DNA of 64,000 nt, from positions 59,244-123,243 of the forward strand of contig JBBRLQ010000024.1 in assembly GCA_038231275.1 (NCBI GenBank), given 5' to 3'. Below, piece by piece: positions 40,459-49,828 of this stretch. Each line of letters begins with the position of its first letter. Positions within the stretch are counted from its first letter, which is position 1. This DNA is from Polyangiales bacterium (lineage in GTDB: Bacteria; Myxococcota_A; Polyangia; Polyangiales; Polyangiaceae). The notes under the pieces are model-generated. The model was not told the DNA's origin. It did no database searches and saw only the letters and a list, made by a program, of their open reading frames with translations. Both the position numbers and the translations under genes were made by a program.

Positions 40459-41721
40459 TCAGGACCGAAGCGTGGGTTTTCTGTGGGATGTGGCGAGAGA
40501 TCGCGATTTTGCGCCGCCGGCCGCCACGAGGTCCGACAGGGCGACGCGCGTGGCGAGCAGGCCGAGGAAGACCTTCGCGAAGCCCTTGCCGTCGAGCTCT
40601 TGAACGGTGCCCTCGCGGCCGACGAATGGACCGGAGAGGACCTGGACGCGCGAGCCTTTGCCGATCGTCCCGGATGGGTCGACGTCGGTGACCGTGCCGC
40701 GCGCCACCATCGAGCGGAGCGAAGGACGCGCGGGGCGGCCGAGGCGCGGGCGCTTTTGCGCGGACGTCGAGAGGCGTAGCTCGCTCCTCTTCGCGGGCGC
40801 GACGATCGCCGCACGCTTGAGCGACTTTGGCTCTCGCTCCTCCGCGCTCCCCTTCGGCTTGGCCTGCTTGGCCTGCTTGGCGAGCTTGGCTAGTTTCGCG
40901 TGCTCAGGTCGCGGCTCGCGCTTTCGGCGAGGCCAGTCGCGATCGCGCTCTTCGCGGGCGCGCTCTCGCGCGGCGCGCTGCGCTTCCCATTCGCGTCCGA
41001 CGACGAGCAGATCGTTGTCGGGCGCCCAGGTCACGACTTTGTAGACGGGCCCGAGCGCGACGATCGCTCCTTCGAGGAGCTCGTCGAGCTGCGCGGAGTG
41101 ACGCACGGCGACGTTGCGCGGAACGCTCCACCCGACCCACACGGGCGTCTGATCCGTGGCACTTCGAACGACGAGCTCGCGGATCTGCTCGGCGCGCGCC
41201 TCCAGCGCCGGACGCCGGAGCATCCCCGACGCGAGGCCGATCGCGAACTCCTCCGGCAGCGACTCGAGCGCGCTGGTCAGCTCGAGGACCCCTTCAGGTT
41301 CGGCGAGGCGCGCCCGCAAATTTCGCGCGTCGACCCACGCCGCGGGGTGCACCTCGAAGCTCACCTCTACGCGCGCGGCGTCGATCGTGAGCGCCAAGAG
41401 CGCGTGCTTCTGATCGTTCGCCGGCCCCGCGAGCGCCGCGGCGAGCGTCTTTTTGTGGTCGATCAGCCTCTCGAGCTCCGCGCGCGCCTGCGTGTCGCGA
41501 CAGAAGAAGACGCGGAGGCCGTGCGACGGCGATAGGTGCGTGTGCCCGAGCGTCGTCGTGCTCGCCTCGACCCCCATCCCGAGCTCGGCGAGGCGCTCGA
41601 CGACGCCGCGCGCCCACGTCAGCGCCCGCGCGCGGAGCTCGGCGCGCGCAGAGGAGCGGCCGGCCCGGTCGAGGAAGGCGTCGAAGTCGGTCGCCGAGAG
41701 GCGGAGATGAGGTCGGTCCAT
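40459..41721 (-). CDS. Hypothetical protein with C-terminal NusG-type KOW domain
   Basis: GKGSRVQVLSGPFVGREGTVQELD...KVFLGLLATRV. Confidence 0.75.
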   Translation of the reverse strand: MDRPHLRLSATDFDAFLDRAGRSSARAELRARALTWARGVVERLAELGMGVEASTTTLGHTHLSPSHGLRVFFCRDTQARAELERLIDHKKTLAAALAGPANDQKHALLALTIDAARVEVSFEVHPAAWVDARNLRARLAEPEGVLELTSALESLPEEFAIGLASGMLRRPALEARAEQIRELVVRSATDQTPVWVGWSVPRNVAVRHSAQLDELLEGAIVALGPVYKVVTWAPDNDLLVVGREWEAQRAARERAREERDRDWPRRKREPRPEHAKLAKLAKQAKQAKPKGSAEEREPKSLKRAAIVAPAKRSELRLSTSAQKRPRLGRPARPSLRSMVARGTVTDVDPSGTIGKGSRVQVLSGPFVGREGTVQELDGKGFAKVFLGLLATRVALSDLVAAGGAKSRSLATSHRKPTLRS

Positions 41722-41798
41722 ACGATCGTTGCAACCTGGAGGCGTCTGGACCCGACCATATCAAACGACGGGCGTGACCCACGAGAAGAGGAGCCGCC

Positions 41799-42176
41799 AT
41801 GGCCGATGAGCCCAGAGTGTGCGCAGACTGCCGGAGACGCTTCGTCTTCTCCGAACAAGAGCGGGTCTTCTTCGTCGCGCGCGCCCTCGCCGTTCCCCGA
41901 CGATGCCCGCCCTGTAGGAAAGCGCGCCGGCAAGGCGCCGCGCCCGAGGCTCCGTTTTCGGGCGAGCCGCCCTCCGGCACCCGCCGCCGCGAGACCGCGT
42001 CCGGCCCGTTCGTGATCACGTGCTCCGCGTGCAGCGAGAAAGCGACGGTCCCGTTCCTCCCCGAGCCCGGTCGCTCCGTCTATTGTGGCCCGTGTCACCA
42101 TGCGCGCCGTGGGGCCGAAAAGCGGGCGGCCAACGCGCCGCTCGCCGTCGGTGGCGACAAGGATATTCTCGAATAA
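41799..42176 (+). CDS. Zinc-ribbon / CxxC-x17-CxxC domain protein
   Basis: CADC..F.FSEQE...PRRCPPC and CSAC...VPF.P...RSVYCGPC; GAGGAG Shine-Dalgarno. Confidence 0.88.
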   Translation: MADEPRVCADCRRRFVFSEQERVFFVARALAVPRRCPPCRKARRQGAAPEAPFSGEPPSGTRRRETASGPFVITCSACSEKATVPFLPEPGRSVYCGPCHHARRGAEKRAANAPLAVGGDKDILE

Positions 42177-42196
42177 TTTCGTATTTTTACGACATC

Positions 42197-42225
42197 TTGA
42201 CGCGTCGCGTTGTCGTTCTTAGATT
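42197..42225 (+). promoter_or_regulatory. Sigma70-type promoter TTGACG-N17-TAGATT
   Basis: Near-consensus boxes with optimal spacing in an AT-rich island; palindrome TCGTA-N4-TACGA at 42179-42192 just upstream. Confidence 0.65.
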
Positions 42226-42254
42226 GGTGGTGTCCGAAGTCGAGGAGGCCACCG

Positions 42255-42350
42255 ATGCATTTTTCGCGGGAGAGCGTCCGTGAGGTCCTGGTCGCGGCAA
42301 CGCTAGGGCTGTTTTTGGCCGGCCTTTCGGTTCTTTGGGCGGCCCGGTAG
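42255..42350 (+). CDS. 31-aa small single-pass membrane protein (MHFSRESVREVLVAATLGLFLAGLSVLWAAR)
   Basis: GAGGAGG 6 nt before ATG, promoter upstream, ~20-residue hydrophobic stretch; below the ORF-track cutoff. Confidence 0.6.
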   Translation: MHFSRESVREVLVAATLGLFLAGLSVLWAAR

Positions 42351-42426
42351 GGAGAACGGAAGGCACCGGTTCGGTCATCTGTATTTTGTGGTACGGGAAA
42401 GCCCCCGTTTCCGCACAGGAGACCTC

Positions 42427-43572
42427 GTGCCTCGCGCCCCCAAGAAGCCCAAGACCACCGCCGAGAAGCCCGCCAAGCGCCCCGCTACGTCCGACGCCGC
42501 AGACGGAGGCGACACCGAGCAGGACGGCGAGGAGCGCGACGAGAGCGGCGAGCGCGAAGGCCAGGACGAAGAGGAGCACGAGGCGGTCGCCGAGGTCGAC
42601 GCGCCGGCGGAGTCCTCGGGCACCCTCGAGCCAGGTGAGGGAGAGGCCGAGGTCGAGGAGGGCGCCGACGTCGAGGTCGCGGAGGTGGCTCCCGCCTCGT
42701 CGGGCGGCTCTATCGCGCGCTTCGACGCGATGTCGGCCTACCTCCGTGAGGTGCAGCGTCATCCGCTCCTCACGCCAGAGCAGACCCACGAGATCGCCGT
42801 GAAGTTCCTCGCGACGCAGGATCCCGACATCGCGGCGCGCCTCGTCACGAGCAACCTGCGCCTCGTCGTGAAGATCGCGTACGAGTACCGCCGCGCGTAC
42901 AAGAACATCATGGACCTCGTGCAGGAGGGCAACATCGGCCTCATGCAGGCGGTGAAGCGCTACGACCCGTATCGCGGCGTGAAGCTTTCGAGCTACGCGG
43001 CGTGGTGGATCCGCGCATACATCCTGCGGTTCATCCTGAACAACTGGCGCCTCGTGAAGCTCGGCACCACGCAGGCGCAGCGAAAGCTTTTCTTCAACCT
43101 GCGCAAGAAGAAGGCGGAGCTCATGGCGATGGGGATCGACCCCACCAACGCCGAGATCGCCAAGCAGCTCAACGTGCCGGAGAGCGACGTCGCCGAGATG
43201 GACGTCCGCCTCGCCGCGAACGAAAAATCGCTCGACGCGCCGGTGGGCGACGCCGAGGGGCGCTCGATCGCCAAGGTCGACATGATGCCGAGCCTGGCCG
43301 ACGGGCCCGAAGCGCTCATGGCCGACGAGGAGCTGCAGGCGCTCTTGAAGGAGAAGCTCGCCGGCTTCCGTGAGCAGCTGCTCGCCAAGGAGAAGGAGCT
43401 CGCGATCTTCGATCTGCGCTTGGTCTCCGACGATCCGCTCACGCTCCAGGAGCTGGGCGACAAGTTCGGCATCTCGCGCGAGCGCGTACGTCAGCTGGAG
43501 CAGCGCCTGACCGGCCGGCTCCGCGACTACCTGAAAGAGGAGCTGGGCGACGCGGCGGAGGTCGGGGGTTGA
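42427..43572 (+). CDS. rpoH: RNA polymerase sigma factor, sigma-32 (RpoH/SigB-like) family
   Basis: NLRLVVKIA, DLVQEGNIGL, SYAAWWIRA, RpoH box QRKLFFNLR, TLQELG...ISRERVRQLE; acidic N-terminal extension. Confidence 0.9.
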   Translation: MPRAPKKPKTTAEKPAKRPATSDAADGGDTEQDGEERDESGEREGQDEEEHEAVAEVDAPAESSGTLEPGEGEAEVEEGADVEVAEVAPASSGGSIARFDAMSAYLREVQRHPLLTPEQTHEIAVKFLATQDPDIAARLVTSNLRLVVKIAYEYRRAYKNIMDLVQEGNIGLMQAVKRYDPYRGVKLSSYAAWWIRAYILRFILNNWRLVKLGTTQAQRKLFFNLRKKKAELMAMGIDPTNAEIAKQLNVPESDVAEMDVRLAANEKSLDAPVGDAEGRSIAKVDMMPSLADGPEALMADEELQALLKEKLAGFREQLLAKEKELAIFDLRLVSDDPLTLQELGDKFGISRERVRQLEQRLTGRLRDYLKEELGDAAEVGG

Positions 43573-44411
43573 ACGCCGGCGCGGGGACGCTGTACGTCGT
43601 CGCCACGCCGATCGGGAACCTGGGGGACATCACCGCGCGCGCCGTGGAGACGCTTCGTGCCGTTGCGCGCGTCGCGGCGGAGGACACGCGTCGCTCCCGC
43701 TCGCTGCTCACACACCTCGGAATCGCGGGCAAACCGATCGACGCCCTGCACGCGCATTCGGAGGCGCGCGACGTCGAGCGCCTGGTCGTGCACCTCACGG
43801 AGGGAGAGAGCGTCGCGCTCGTGACCGACGCGGGGACGCCGGCGGTGAGCGATCCGGGCGGAGCGCTCGTGCGCGCGGCGATCGCAGCGGACATTCGCGT
43901 CGTGCCAATCCCCGGTCCCTCGGCGGTGCTGGCGGCGCTGGTCGCGAGCGGCCTGGCGGGCGACGGAGGGTTTCGGTTTCTCGGATTCCTCCCGCGCTCC
44001 GGCCCGACGCGCCACGCCGTGATCGCGCGCGCGTGCGAGACGCCGGAGGCGGTCGTGATCTTCGAGGCCCCGAGCCGGACGAAGGAGACGCTCGAGGACC
44101 TCGCCCGCGCGACGCCCGAGCGTGCGGCGTGCGTGGCGCGCGAGCTCACGAAGCTGCACGAAGAGCTCGTGCGCGGCGCGCTCGCGACGCTGGCGGCGGA
44201 CGATCGCGAATGGATCGGCGAGGTCGCGATCGTGCTCGGGCCCCACGATCCCGCATCGCGCGCCGCCACGATCGACGACGCGCAGATCGACGCGCGCATC
44301 GACGAGGAGCTCGCGCGCGGCGCACACGCGAAGGAGGCCGCGGAGCGCGTGGCCGCGTGGTCGGGGAGGCCGAAGCGGGAGATTTACGAACGGGTCGTGC
44401 GCAGGAAGTAA
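43569..44411 (+). CDS. rsmI: 16S rRNA (cytidine1402-2'-O)-methyltransferase
   Basis: LYVVATPIGNLGDIT.RA, AEDTR, DAGTPAVSDPG, PIPGPSA, RELTKLHEE. Confidence 0.95.
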   Translation: MNAGAGTLYVVATPIGNLGDITARAVETLRAVARVAAEDTRRSRSLLTHLGIAGKPIDALHAHSEARDVERLVVHLTEGESVALVTDAGTPAVSDPGGALVRAAIAADIRVVPIPGPSAVLAALVASGLAGDGGFRFLGFLPRSGPTRHAVIARACETPEAVVIFEAPSRTKETLEDLARATPERAACVARELTKLHEELVRGALATLAADDREWIGEVAIVLGPHDPASRAATIDDAQIDARIDEELARGAHAKEAAERVAAWSGRPKREIYERVVRRK

Positions 44412-44470
44412 TCGGAGTCGGAGTCGGAGTCGGAGTCGGAGTCGGAGTCGGAGTCGGAGTCGGAGTCGGA
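44412..44470. repeat. (TCGGAG)x~10 perfect hexamer array
   Basis: Starts at the base after the rsmI TAA. Confidence 0.97.
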
Positions 44471-44507
44471 AAGAGAGCGCGCGCTTCGTGCGCTACGCTT
44501 CCCTCGC

Positions 44508-45704
44508 ATGGCCAAGGAGCGAGAGATCGATGTCGCGTTCGCGCTCGAGGGGGTCTCGTGCGTCGTCGGCGTCCACGCGCTCAGGGGCGTCCGCGACGGG
44601 GATGCGTACGATTTCGCCGTAGAGATTCGCCCGCGGACCGGGCTGACCATCGCAGAGGCGCACTACCGGCTTCTGCTCGTCCTCTCGCAGGCGGAGTGCG
44701 GCCGCGTCTTGCTGGTCGATGCGGACGCCCTTGCGCCGATGCCGATGCGCCAGGCCGAGCGCATTCTTCTCACGGCTTCCCAGCGCGACGCGGCAGCAGC
44801 GCGCGCTTTGGGGCGCGTCGAGGGGATCGCACGGCGGTACGAGCGAGAAGAGGCCGACGCGGCAAAATATCGCGATAGCGCGGCGGCTATCCCGTTGCTC
44901 GCGTTCGACCCGAGCGACGTGAGCCACGTCTTCCGTCTCGCGTTCGAGATCTCGTTCGCGCTCGAAGAGCTCCGTGCCGTCCGCGGTGTATTCGTCGCCG
45001 AAGAGCGACGCCGAGGGCGCACGCAACGCCTCGATGTCTTCGTTGAGCTGCCCATGAACGCGAACGCCGTCTTCGCGGCCCACAAGCGCCTCGTCGAGCG
45101 ATGCGGCTGGGCAGCAGGCCGGGTGCTCTACGGCGACGGCGATATGAGGATGCGCTACCTCGCGCATCGCGTGCGCCAGACCACGTTCGAGCGGATTCAC
45201 GCGCGGGACCGCGCGGAGCGGCGCCTCGCCGAGCCGGTCGTCCGGGACTGGGCGCCGCTCGCACGGGAAGTCGAACGAGGCTTCGCGAACGGCCCACCGT
45301 TGCGCCCGGTGGCGCTGAGGATTGAAGGAGACCACGCGTGCCCGGCCGCTGAGCCAGCCGCCGTACCCCGCGTGCTGCTCGTCCACGAGGACCGCAACTC
45401 TGTCGCCTCGCTCGCTGCGCTCGTTGGGCAGATCGACCTTCAGCAAGCCCGAGACGGATGGGAGGCCATCGATCTCGTCGGCGCGACGAAGTTCGATCTC
45501 GTCATCTCTGGCCTCCGCGTCGGGAGCATGCGCGGAATGCAGATTTACCGGACCGCCGTCGTCGCCGATCCGGAGCTCGCGGAGCGCTTTTTCTTCCTCA
45601 CTAGCGCCGAGACCAAGGACGCCGCGCCGCCATCCACGGCGCTGGCGCGGGTGCTGACGTCTCCGCTCGATCCGGAGGAAGTGCGACGCCTCCTCGGTCT
45701 CTAG
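44508..45704 (+). CDS. Hypothetical protein with C-terminal degenerate receiver domain
   Basis: RVLLVHED...ARDGWEAI...FDLVISGL...MRGMQIY...FFFLTS...VLTSP. Confidence 0.65.
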   Translation: MAKEREIDVAFALEGVSCVVGVHALRGVRDGDAYDFAVEIRPRTGLTIAEAHYRLLLVLSQAECGRVLLVDADALAPMPMRQAERILLTASQRDAAAARALGRVEGIARRYEREEADAAKYRDSAAAIPLLAFDPSDVSHVFRLAFEISFALEELRAVRGVFVAEERRRGRTQRLDVFVELPMNANAVFAAHKRLVERCGWAAGRVLYGDGDMRMRYLAHRVRQTTFERIHARDRAERRLAEPVVRDWAPLAREVERGFANGPPLRPVALRIEGDHACPAAEPAAVPRVLLVHEDRNSVASLAALVGQIDLQQARDGWEAIDLVGATKFDLVISGLRVGSMRGMQIYRTAVVADPELAERFFFLTSAETKDAAPPSTALARVLTSPLDPEEVRRLLGL

Positions 45705-45707
45705 CGC

Positions 45708-45734
45708 TCCGACGCCGACGCCGACGCCGACGCC
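45708..45734. repeat. (T/G)CCGAC x4.5 hexamer array
   Basis: 3 nt after the TAG of the upstream gene. Confidence 0.9.
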
Positions 45735-45765
45735 ATGGCCGCGTCATCGGTGATAGCGTCGCACA

Positions 45766-46902
45766 ATGAGAAGATCTGCCTTGCTGGTTCCCTTCGTCGC
45801 GGGCGCGATGCTCGCTGCGTCCGATGCGTCGGCCACTGGTCATGTCGCCGGGGGAGCGAATCCGCGGCTCTTTCACGCGCACGTGCCGGACGTTGCGCCG
45901 CCGCCCCCGATGCCGACCAAGGATCCGAAGGGTAACCCGCTGCCGAACGTCGGGCCGCCGCCGACGGGGACGTCGAAGATGCCGCTCGTCATCTTGCTGC
46001 ACGGCCTCGCCGTCGACGCGACGATGCAGGACATGTTCTTTCAGCTGCGGACGATCGCCGATCAGCGCCGCTTCGCGTTCGCGTACCTCGACGGCACGCG
46101 CAACGGACTGGGGCTCCAGTTCTGGAACGCCACCGACGGGTGTTGCCAGTTTCCCGCGAACCCAAACTTCGCGACGGCGTTCATGCACGGGATTCACGGG
46201 CTCCTCGGCGCGCTCACGGCGTCGGTCGGGGGGCCGCCGGTCGACGACGTCGGTTACATCGACTCGGTCATCGACGTGATGACCAAGACGTACCCCATCG
46301 ACGAAAAGCGCATCTTCGTCGTCGCCCACTCGAACGGCGGGTTCATGGCGCACCGGTTCGCGTGCGAGAACACGCGCGTCGCCGCGATCGCGACACTCTC
46401 GGGCGCGCAGTGGATGGACGCGTCGAGGTGCCCCGGGACCCACAAGGTATCGGTCCTGCACATCCACGACACGGCGGACGAGATCATTCCCTACGCGGGG
46501 GGCACGCCGCTGCTGTCGCCGCTCTTCTCGCCGGCGATGAGCATCGTGTACCCGAACATCTCGGTGCCGTCGGCGAAGGAGACCGTCGCGCGGTGGGCGA
46601 GGCGCGACGAGTGCAAGGGCGGCCTCACGATGGTCGGCGGTACGAAGGTCGATCTCGAGCAGCGCCTTCCGGGCCCCGACACGCTGATGGAGAAGTACGA
46701 CTGCCCGGCTCCCTACGGCGTCGAGCTGTGGACGATCGAGGGTGGGCCACCGAGGTCGCTGGAGACGCTCGACGGCACGAACTCGGCGCACATCCCGCGG
46801 TTTTACTACCACGGCATGCCGGGTTTCCATGAGCCGCCGGGGAACCAGCCGGCGTTCCCCGACCGCATCTACGACTGGCTCATCGCCCACCCGAAGCCGT
46901 GA
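45766..46902 (+). CDS. Secreted alpha/beta hydrolase (LpqC / PHB-depolymerase-like esterase)
   Basis: Signal peptide, PLVILLHG, WNATDGCC, VDDVGYI, nucleophile elbow AHSNGG, HIHDTAD. Confidence 0.85.
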   Translation: MRRSALLVPFVAGAMLAASDASATGHVAGGANPRLFHAHVPDVAPPPPMPTKDPKGNPLPNVGPPPTGTSKMPLVILLHGLAVDATMQDMFFQLRTIADQRRFAFAYLDGTRNGLGLQFWNATDGCCQFPANPNFATAFMHGIHGLLGALTASVGGPPVDDVGYIDSVIDVMTKTYPIDEKRIFVVAHSNGGFMAHRFACENTRVAAIATLSGAQWMDASRCPGTHKVSVLHIHDTADEIIPYAGGTPLLSPLFSPAMSIVYPNISVPSAKETVARWARRDECKGGLTMVGGTKVDLEQRLPGPDTLMEKYDCPAPYGVELWTIEGGPPRSLETLDGTNSAHIPRFYYHGMPGFHEPPGNQPAFPDRIYDWLIAHPKP

Positions 46903-46910
46903 GGACGACC

Positions 46911-48413
46911 ATGAACACGCCGAGACTTCTCGTCCTCGCCACGCCGACGCTGCTCCTCGCCGCGCTCGCCGCCACGCATTCGGGGCGCGCCGACGCGCTC
47001 ATCAACGGGCGGCCCACGCGCGCCGACGGCTCCGGGTTCGTGCACTTGCACGGCGCGATGTCGACGTGCAGCGGGACGCTCATCGCGCCGGACACGATTC
47101 TCACCAGCAAGGGGTGCTTCACCGCCGCCGAGGTCATCCACGCCGATCTCGCGGGGTGGTTCATGGGCGCGGATGACTCGGACAAAAACGCGCTTCGTGA
47201 GATCCATCCGCACCCGACGCTCGACGCAGCGCTCGTGCGGCTTACGCACCCGATCGTGAGCACGCTCTTCGATCTCTACCCCTTCGAGGCATCGCAGCTC
47301 GTCGGCGCGCGAATGACCTGCAATGGCTACGGCACCATGGGTGGTCCGCAGATCACCTACGGCGGACAGCTGTCGAGCGGCGAGTTCAACGTGCCGTCCG
47401 TCACGCCGACCACGCTCAACGTCGTGAGCCGCGTCCTCTTTGCCGGATACGATCAAGGCGGCGGCTGCGTCGTCGCGCACCAGGGGCGCTCTTTTCTGGC
47501 CGGCGTCATGAGCGTCGCCAACGCCAACCCCACGAGCGTGACCGCGCTGCGCCGCTTCGTCTCGTCGTTCGCGACGTGGCACGAGCTCGAGGCCGGCGAC
47601 ACCGACGTCTGCATCCGTGCGCCGCGATCGGCACCCGCCAACGCGACGACGCCGCTCGAGCTCGCCGCGTGCGACGGCAACCCCAGCGAGGGCTGGGAGG
47701 TGAAGACCGTCGACAACGGCAGCGTGGAGATCCGCGCCAAGGCGAGCAACCTCTGCCTCACCGCGGTCGGCGACGCGCTCGTTCAGGCAATGTGCGGAGG
47801 TGAGATCACCGAGGCGCACCCGGGCAAGCTCCCCAAGCAGCGCAAGCCCGAGCAGATGTGGGCGGTGTCGACCGCCACCGACGGCTTCGTCGAGCTGATG
47901 AGCATCGCGCGATCGGGTCGGTGCATCGAGGCGGTCGGCGTGGGCAAGGGCAATAACGGCAAGCTGACCCTCTCGCCGTGCAATCTCGCGACGCGCAGCC
48001 AGCACCTGCGCATCAACGTGACGCTGCTCGACGAGCGCGATCATCGCCTCGGGGGCGTGCCAGGATGCGCGTCGGCGAAGGAGCTGCGAAGCGCCGGCCC
48101 GATCGGCACCGACGCGTGCAGCGGCAAGGACAACCAGCTCTGGCGCCTCGAGCGCGCGGAACGCCCGTATTTTCTCGTACATTCGCGAGAGGGGCGGTAC
48201 GGGCGCTGCATCTCGTCGAGCGGGAGCGCGCTGCAAGAAGCGGGTTGCATCGGGACGACCGACGCGCAGAAGTGGCGCCTCGAGTACCAGCCGGACGGAA
48301 ACTACTCGCTGCGCGGGAAGCAGACCGGGCACTGCGCCCTCGCGACAGGGGGCGCGCTGGAGCAGATGGCGTGCGACTCGGCGCAGCCGAAGCAGCACTG
48401 GGCGATGGAGTAA
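46911..48413 (+). CDS. Secreted trypsin-like (catalytically degenerate) domain plus two ricin-B lectin domains
   Basis: CSGTLIAP, DAALVRL; QxW-type repeats (QMW, QLW, QKW, QHW) with C-L/I-x patterns. Confidence 0.75.
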   Translation: MNTPRLLVLATPTLLLAALAATHSGRADALINGRPTRADGSGFVHLHGAMSTCSGTLIAPDTILTSKGCFTAAEVIHADLAGWFMGADDSDKNALREIHPHPTLDAALVRLTHPIVSTLFDLYPFEASQLVGARMTCNGYGTMGGPQITYGGQLSSGEFNVPSVTPTTLNVVSRVLFAGYDQGGGCVVAHQGRSFLAGVMSVANANPTSVTALRRFVSSFATWHELEAGDTDVCIRAPRSAPANATTPLELAACDGNPSEGWEVKTVDNGSVEIRAKASNLCLTAVGDALVQAMCGGEITEAHPGKLPKQRKPEQMWAVSTATDGFVELMSIARSGRCIEAVGVGKGNNGKLTLSPCNLATRSQHLRINVTLLDERDHRLGGVPGCASAKELRSAGPIGTDACSGKDNQLWRLERAERPYFLVHSREGRYGRCISSSGSALQEAGCIGTTDAQKWRLEYQPDGNYSLRGKQTGHCALATGGALEQMACDSAQPKQHWAME

Positions 48414-48423
48414 CGACGGTTGG

Positions 48424-48477
48424 GCCGACGCCGACGCCGACGCCGACTCCGACGCCGACTCCGACTCCGACTCCGAC
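48424..48477. repeat. (G/T)CCGAC x9 hexamer array
   Basis: 10 nt after the TAA of the upstream gene. Confidence 0.95.
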
Positions 48478-48551
48478 TTGCGCGTCGGGTCTCGGCGCCT
48501 CATGCTCTCTCCATGAACTTCACCGAGCGCATCTGACGCCGGCCCTCTCTC

Positions 48552-49805
48552 TTGCCGCTCACGCTGGTCACGCTCGCCGACGAGCTGTGGAGCGGCGTGG
48601 CGGTGTGCGGCGCGCCGTCGGTGGAGGACGAGCTCGGGCTGTCGCACCGGGCGTACGTGACGTTCGTGTTCGCCGTGCCGCTGGTCGTCGCGGCCGTCCT
48701 CGAGGGCGGCATCGCGTTGCTCTCGGATTTGCGCGGGCGTGCGCGTGTTCTGGTGCTCGGACAGGCGGCGCTCGCGGCGTCGCTGCTGCTGACGGCGTGC
48801 GCTCGAGGGCCATGGGGCCTCACGATCGGCCTCGCGCTCGCAGGGACGTCCAGCGGCGTCGCGTGCGGTGCAGGGCAGGCGCTCCTGCTCCTTTGCTTCG
48901 GCGACGGTGATGACGCGCGCGATCGCGCGATGGTGCGCTGGACGCTCTACGGCGCAATCGGTGACGTGCTGGCACCGCTCGTCACGGCGGGCGCGGTCGC
49001 GATGGGGTTCTCGTACCGCGCGGCGATGGCGGCGGTCGCGGCGGGAGTTGCCGTCCAGTGCGCGGCGAGCGCGCGACGGCTCCTCCGCACGGAGCCTCCG
49101 CGCGGGGACGCGGACGCGCCGGACTGCGACGCGCCGGCGCCTCTGCGTAGCGCGCTCGCGGCCGCCATCCGTCGTCCCGCGCTGTGGGCGTGGCTCTTCG
49201 CGGCGGCGTCGTGCACGCTCCTCGACGAAGTGATCGTCGCGCTGGCCGCGCTGCGCCTCGTGCGCGATCAAGGTGCCACCGGCGCGCTCGCGGCGGCGTC
49301 GGCCGTGGCGTTCTCGGGGGGCGCGGTCGTCGGTGCGGCGCTCACCGATCGTGCCGTCGCGCGGTGGTCGTCGAGGCGCGTGCTCGTCGCGAGCGCCGTG
49401 GCGTGTGCTGCGGCGCTGGGCGTCTTCGTCGCGTCGACGGCGCCGGTCGCTTCGTGCGCCGCCTTGCTGCTCGTGGGCATCACGTGCGCGCCGCATCACG
49501 CGCTAGCGCTGTCGCGCGCGTACGGTGAGCTTCCCGGCAAGCCGGGAACGGTGCAGGCGATTGGGCAGATTTTCGTCGTGATGGATGTCGCGATTCCCCT
49601 TGCGATCGGAGTCGTGGCGGATCGCTTTGGGCTGGGCGTCGCGGTCGCGTGCCTGCTCGTGCAGCCCGCGGTGATCCTCGCGTGCGCGGTGCCGGGGGGC
49701 GCGGACGCCGACGCCGATTCCGATTCCGACTCCGACGCCGATTCCGATTCCGACGCCGACTCCGACGCCGACTCCGACGCCGACTCCGACTCCGACTCCG
49801 GGTGA
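48552..49805 (+). CDS. MFS transporter with repeat-derived Asp/Ser/Ala tail
   Basis: About 12 TM helices, [11 protein letters not shown] and ADRFG MFS motifs; start uncertain. Confidence 0.8.
   Translation: MPLTLVTLADELWSGVAVCGAPSVEDELGLSHRAYVTFVFAVPLVVAAVLEGGIALLSDLRGRARVLVLGQAALAASLLLTACARGPWGLTIGLALAGTSSGVACGAGQALLLLCFGDGDDARDRAMVRWTLYGAIGDVLAPLVTAGAVAMGFSYRAAMAAVAAGVAVQCAASARRLLRTEPPRGDADAPDCDAPAPLRSALAAAIRRPALWAWLFAAASCTLLDEVIVALAALRLVRDQGATGALAAASAVAFSGGAVVGAALTDRAVARWSSRRVLVASAVACAAALGVFVASTAPVASCAALLLVGITCAPHHALALSRAYGELPGKPGTVQAIGQIFVVMDVAIPLAIGVVADRFGLGVAVACLLVQPAVILACAVPGGADADADSDSDSDADSDSDADSDADSDADSDSDSG
49701..49800. repeat. (G/T)CCGA(C/T) x~16 hexamer array inside the MFS 3' end
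   Basis: Read directly; left flank of the four-helix-bundle cassette. Confidence 0.95.
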
Positions 49806-49828
49806 CGGGCCTCTCTCGGGTCTGGGCG

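Noticed and set aside
44412..44470. Hexamer arrays as CRISPR repeats
   Set aside because: 6-bp units with no unique spacers, and no cas genes in the window
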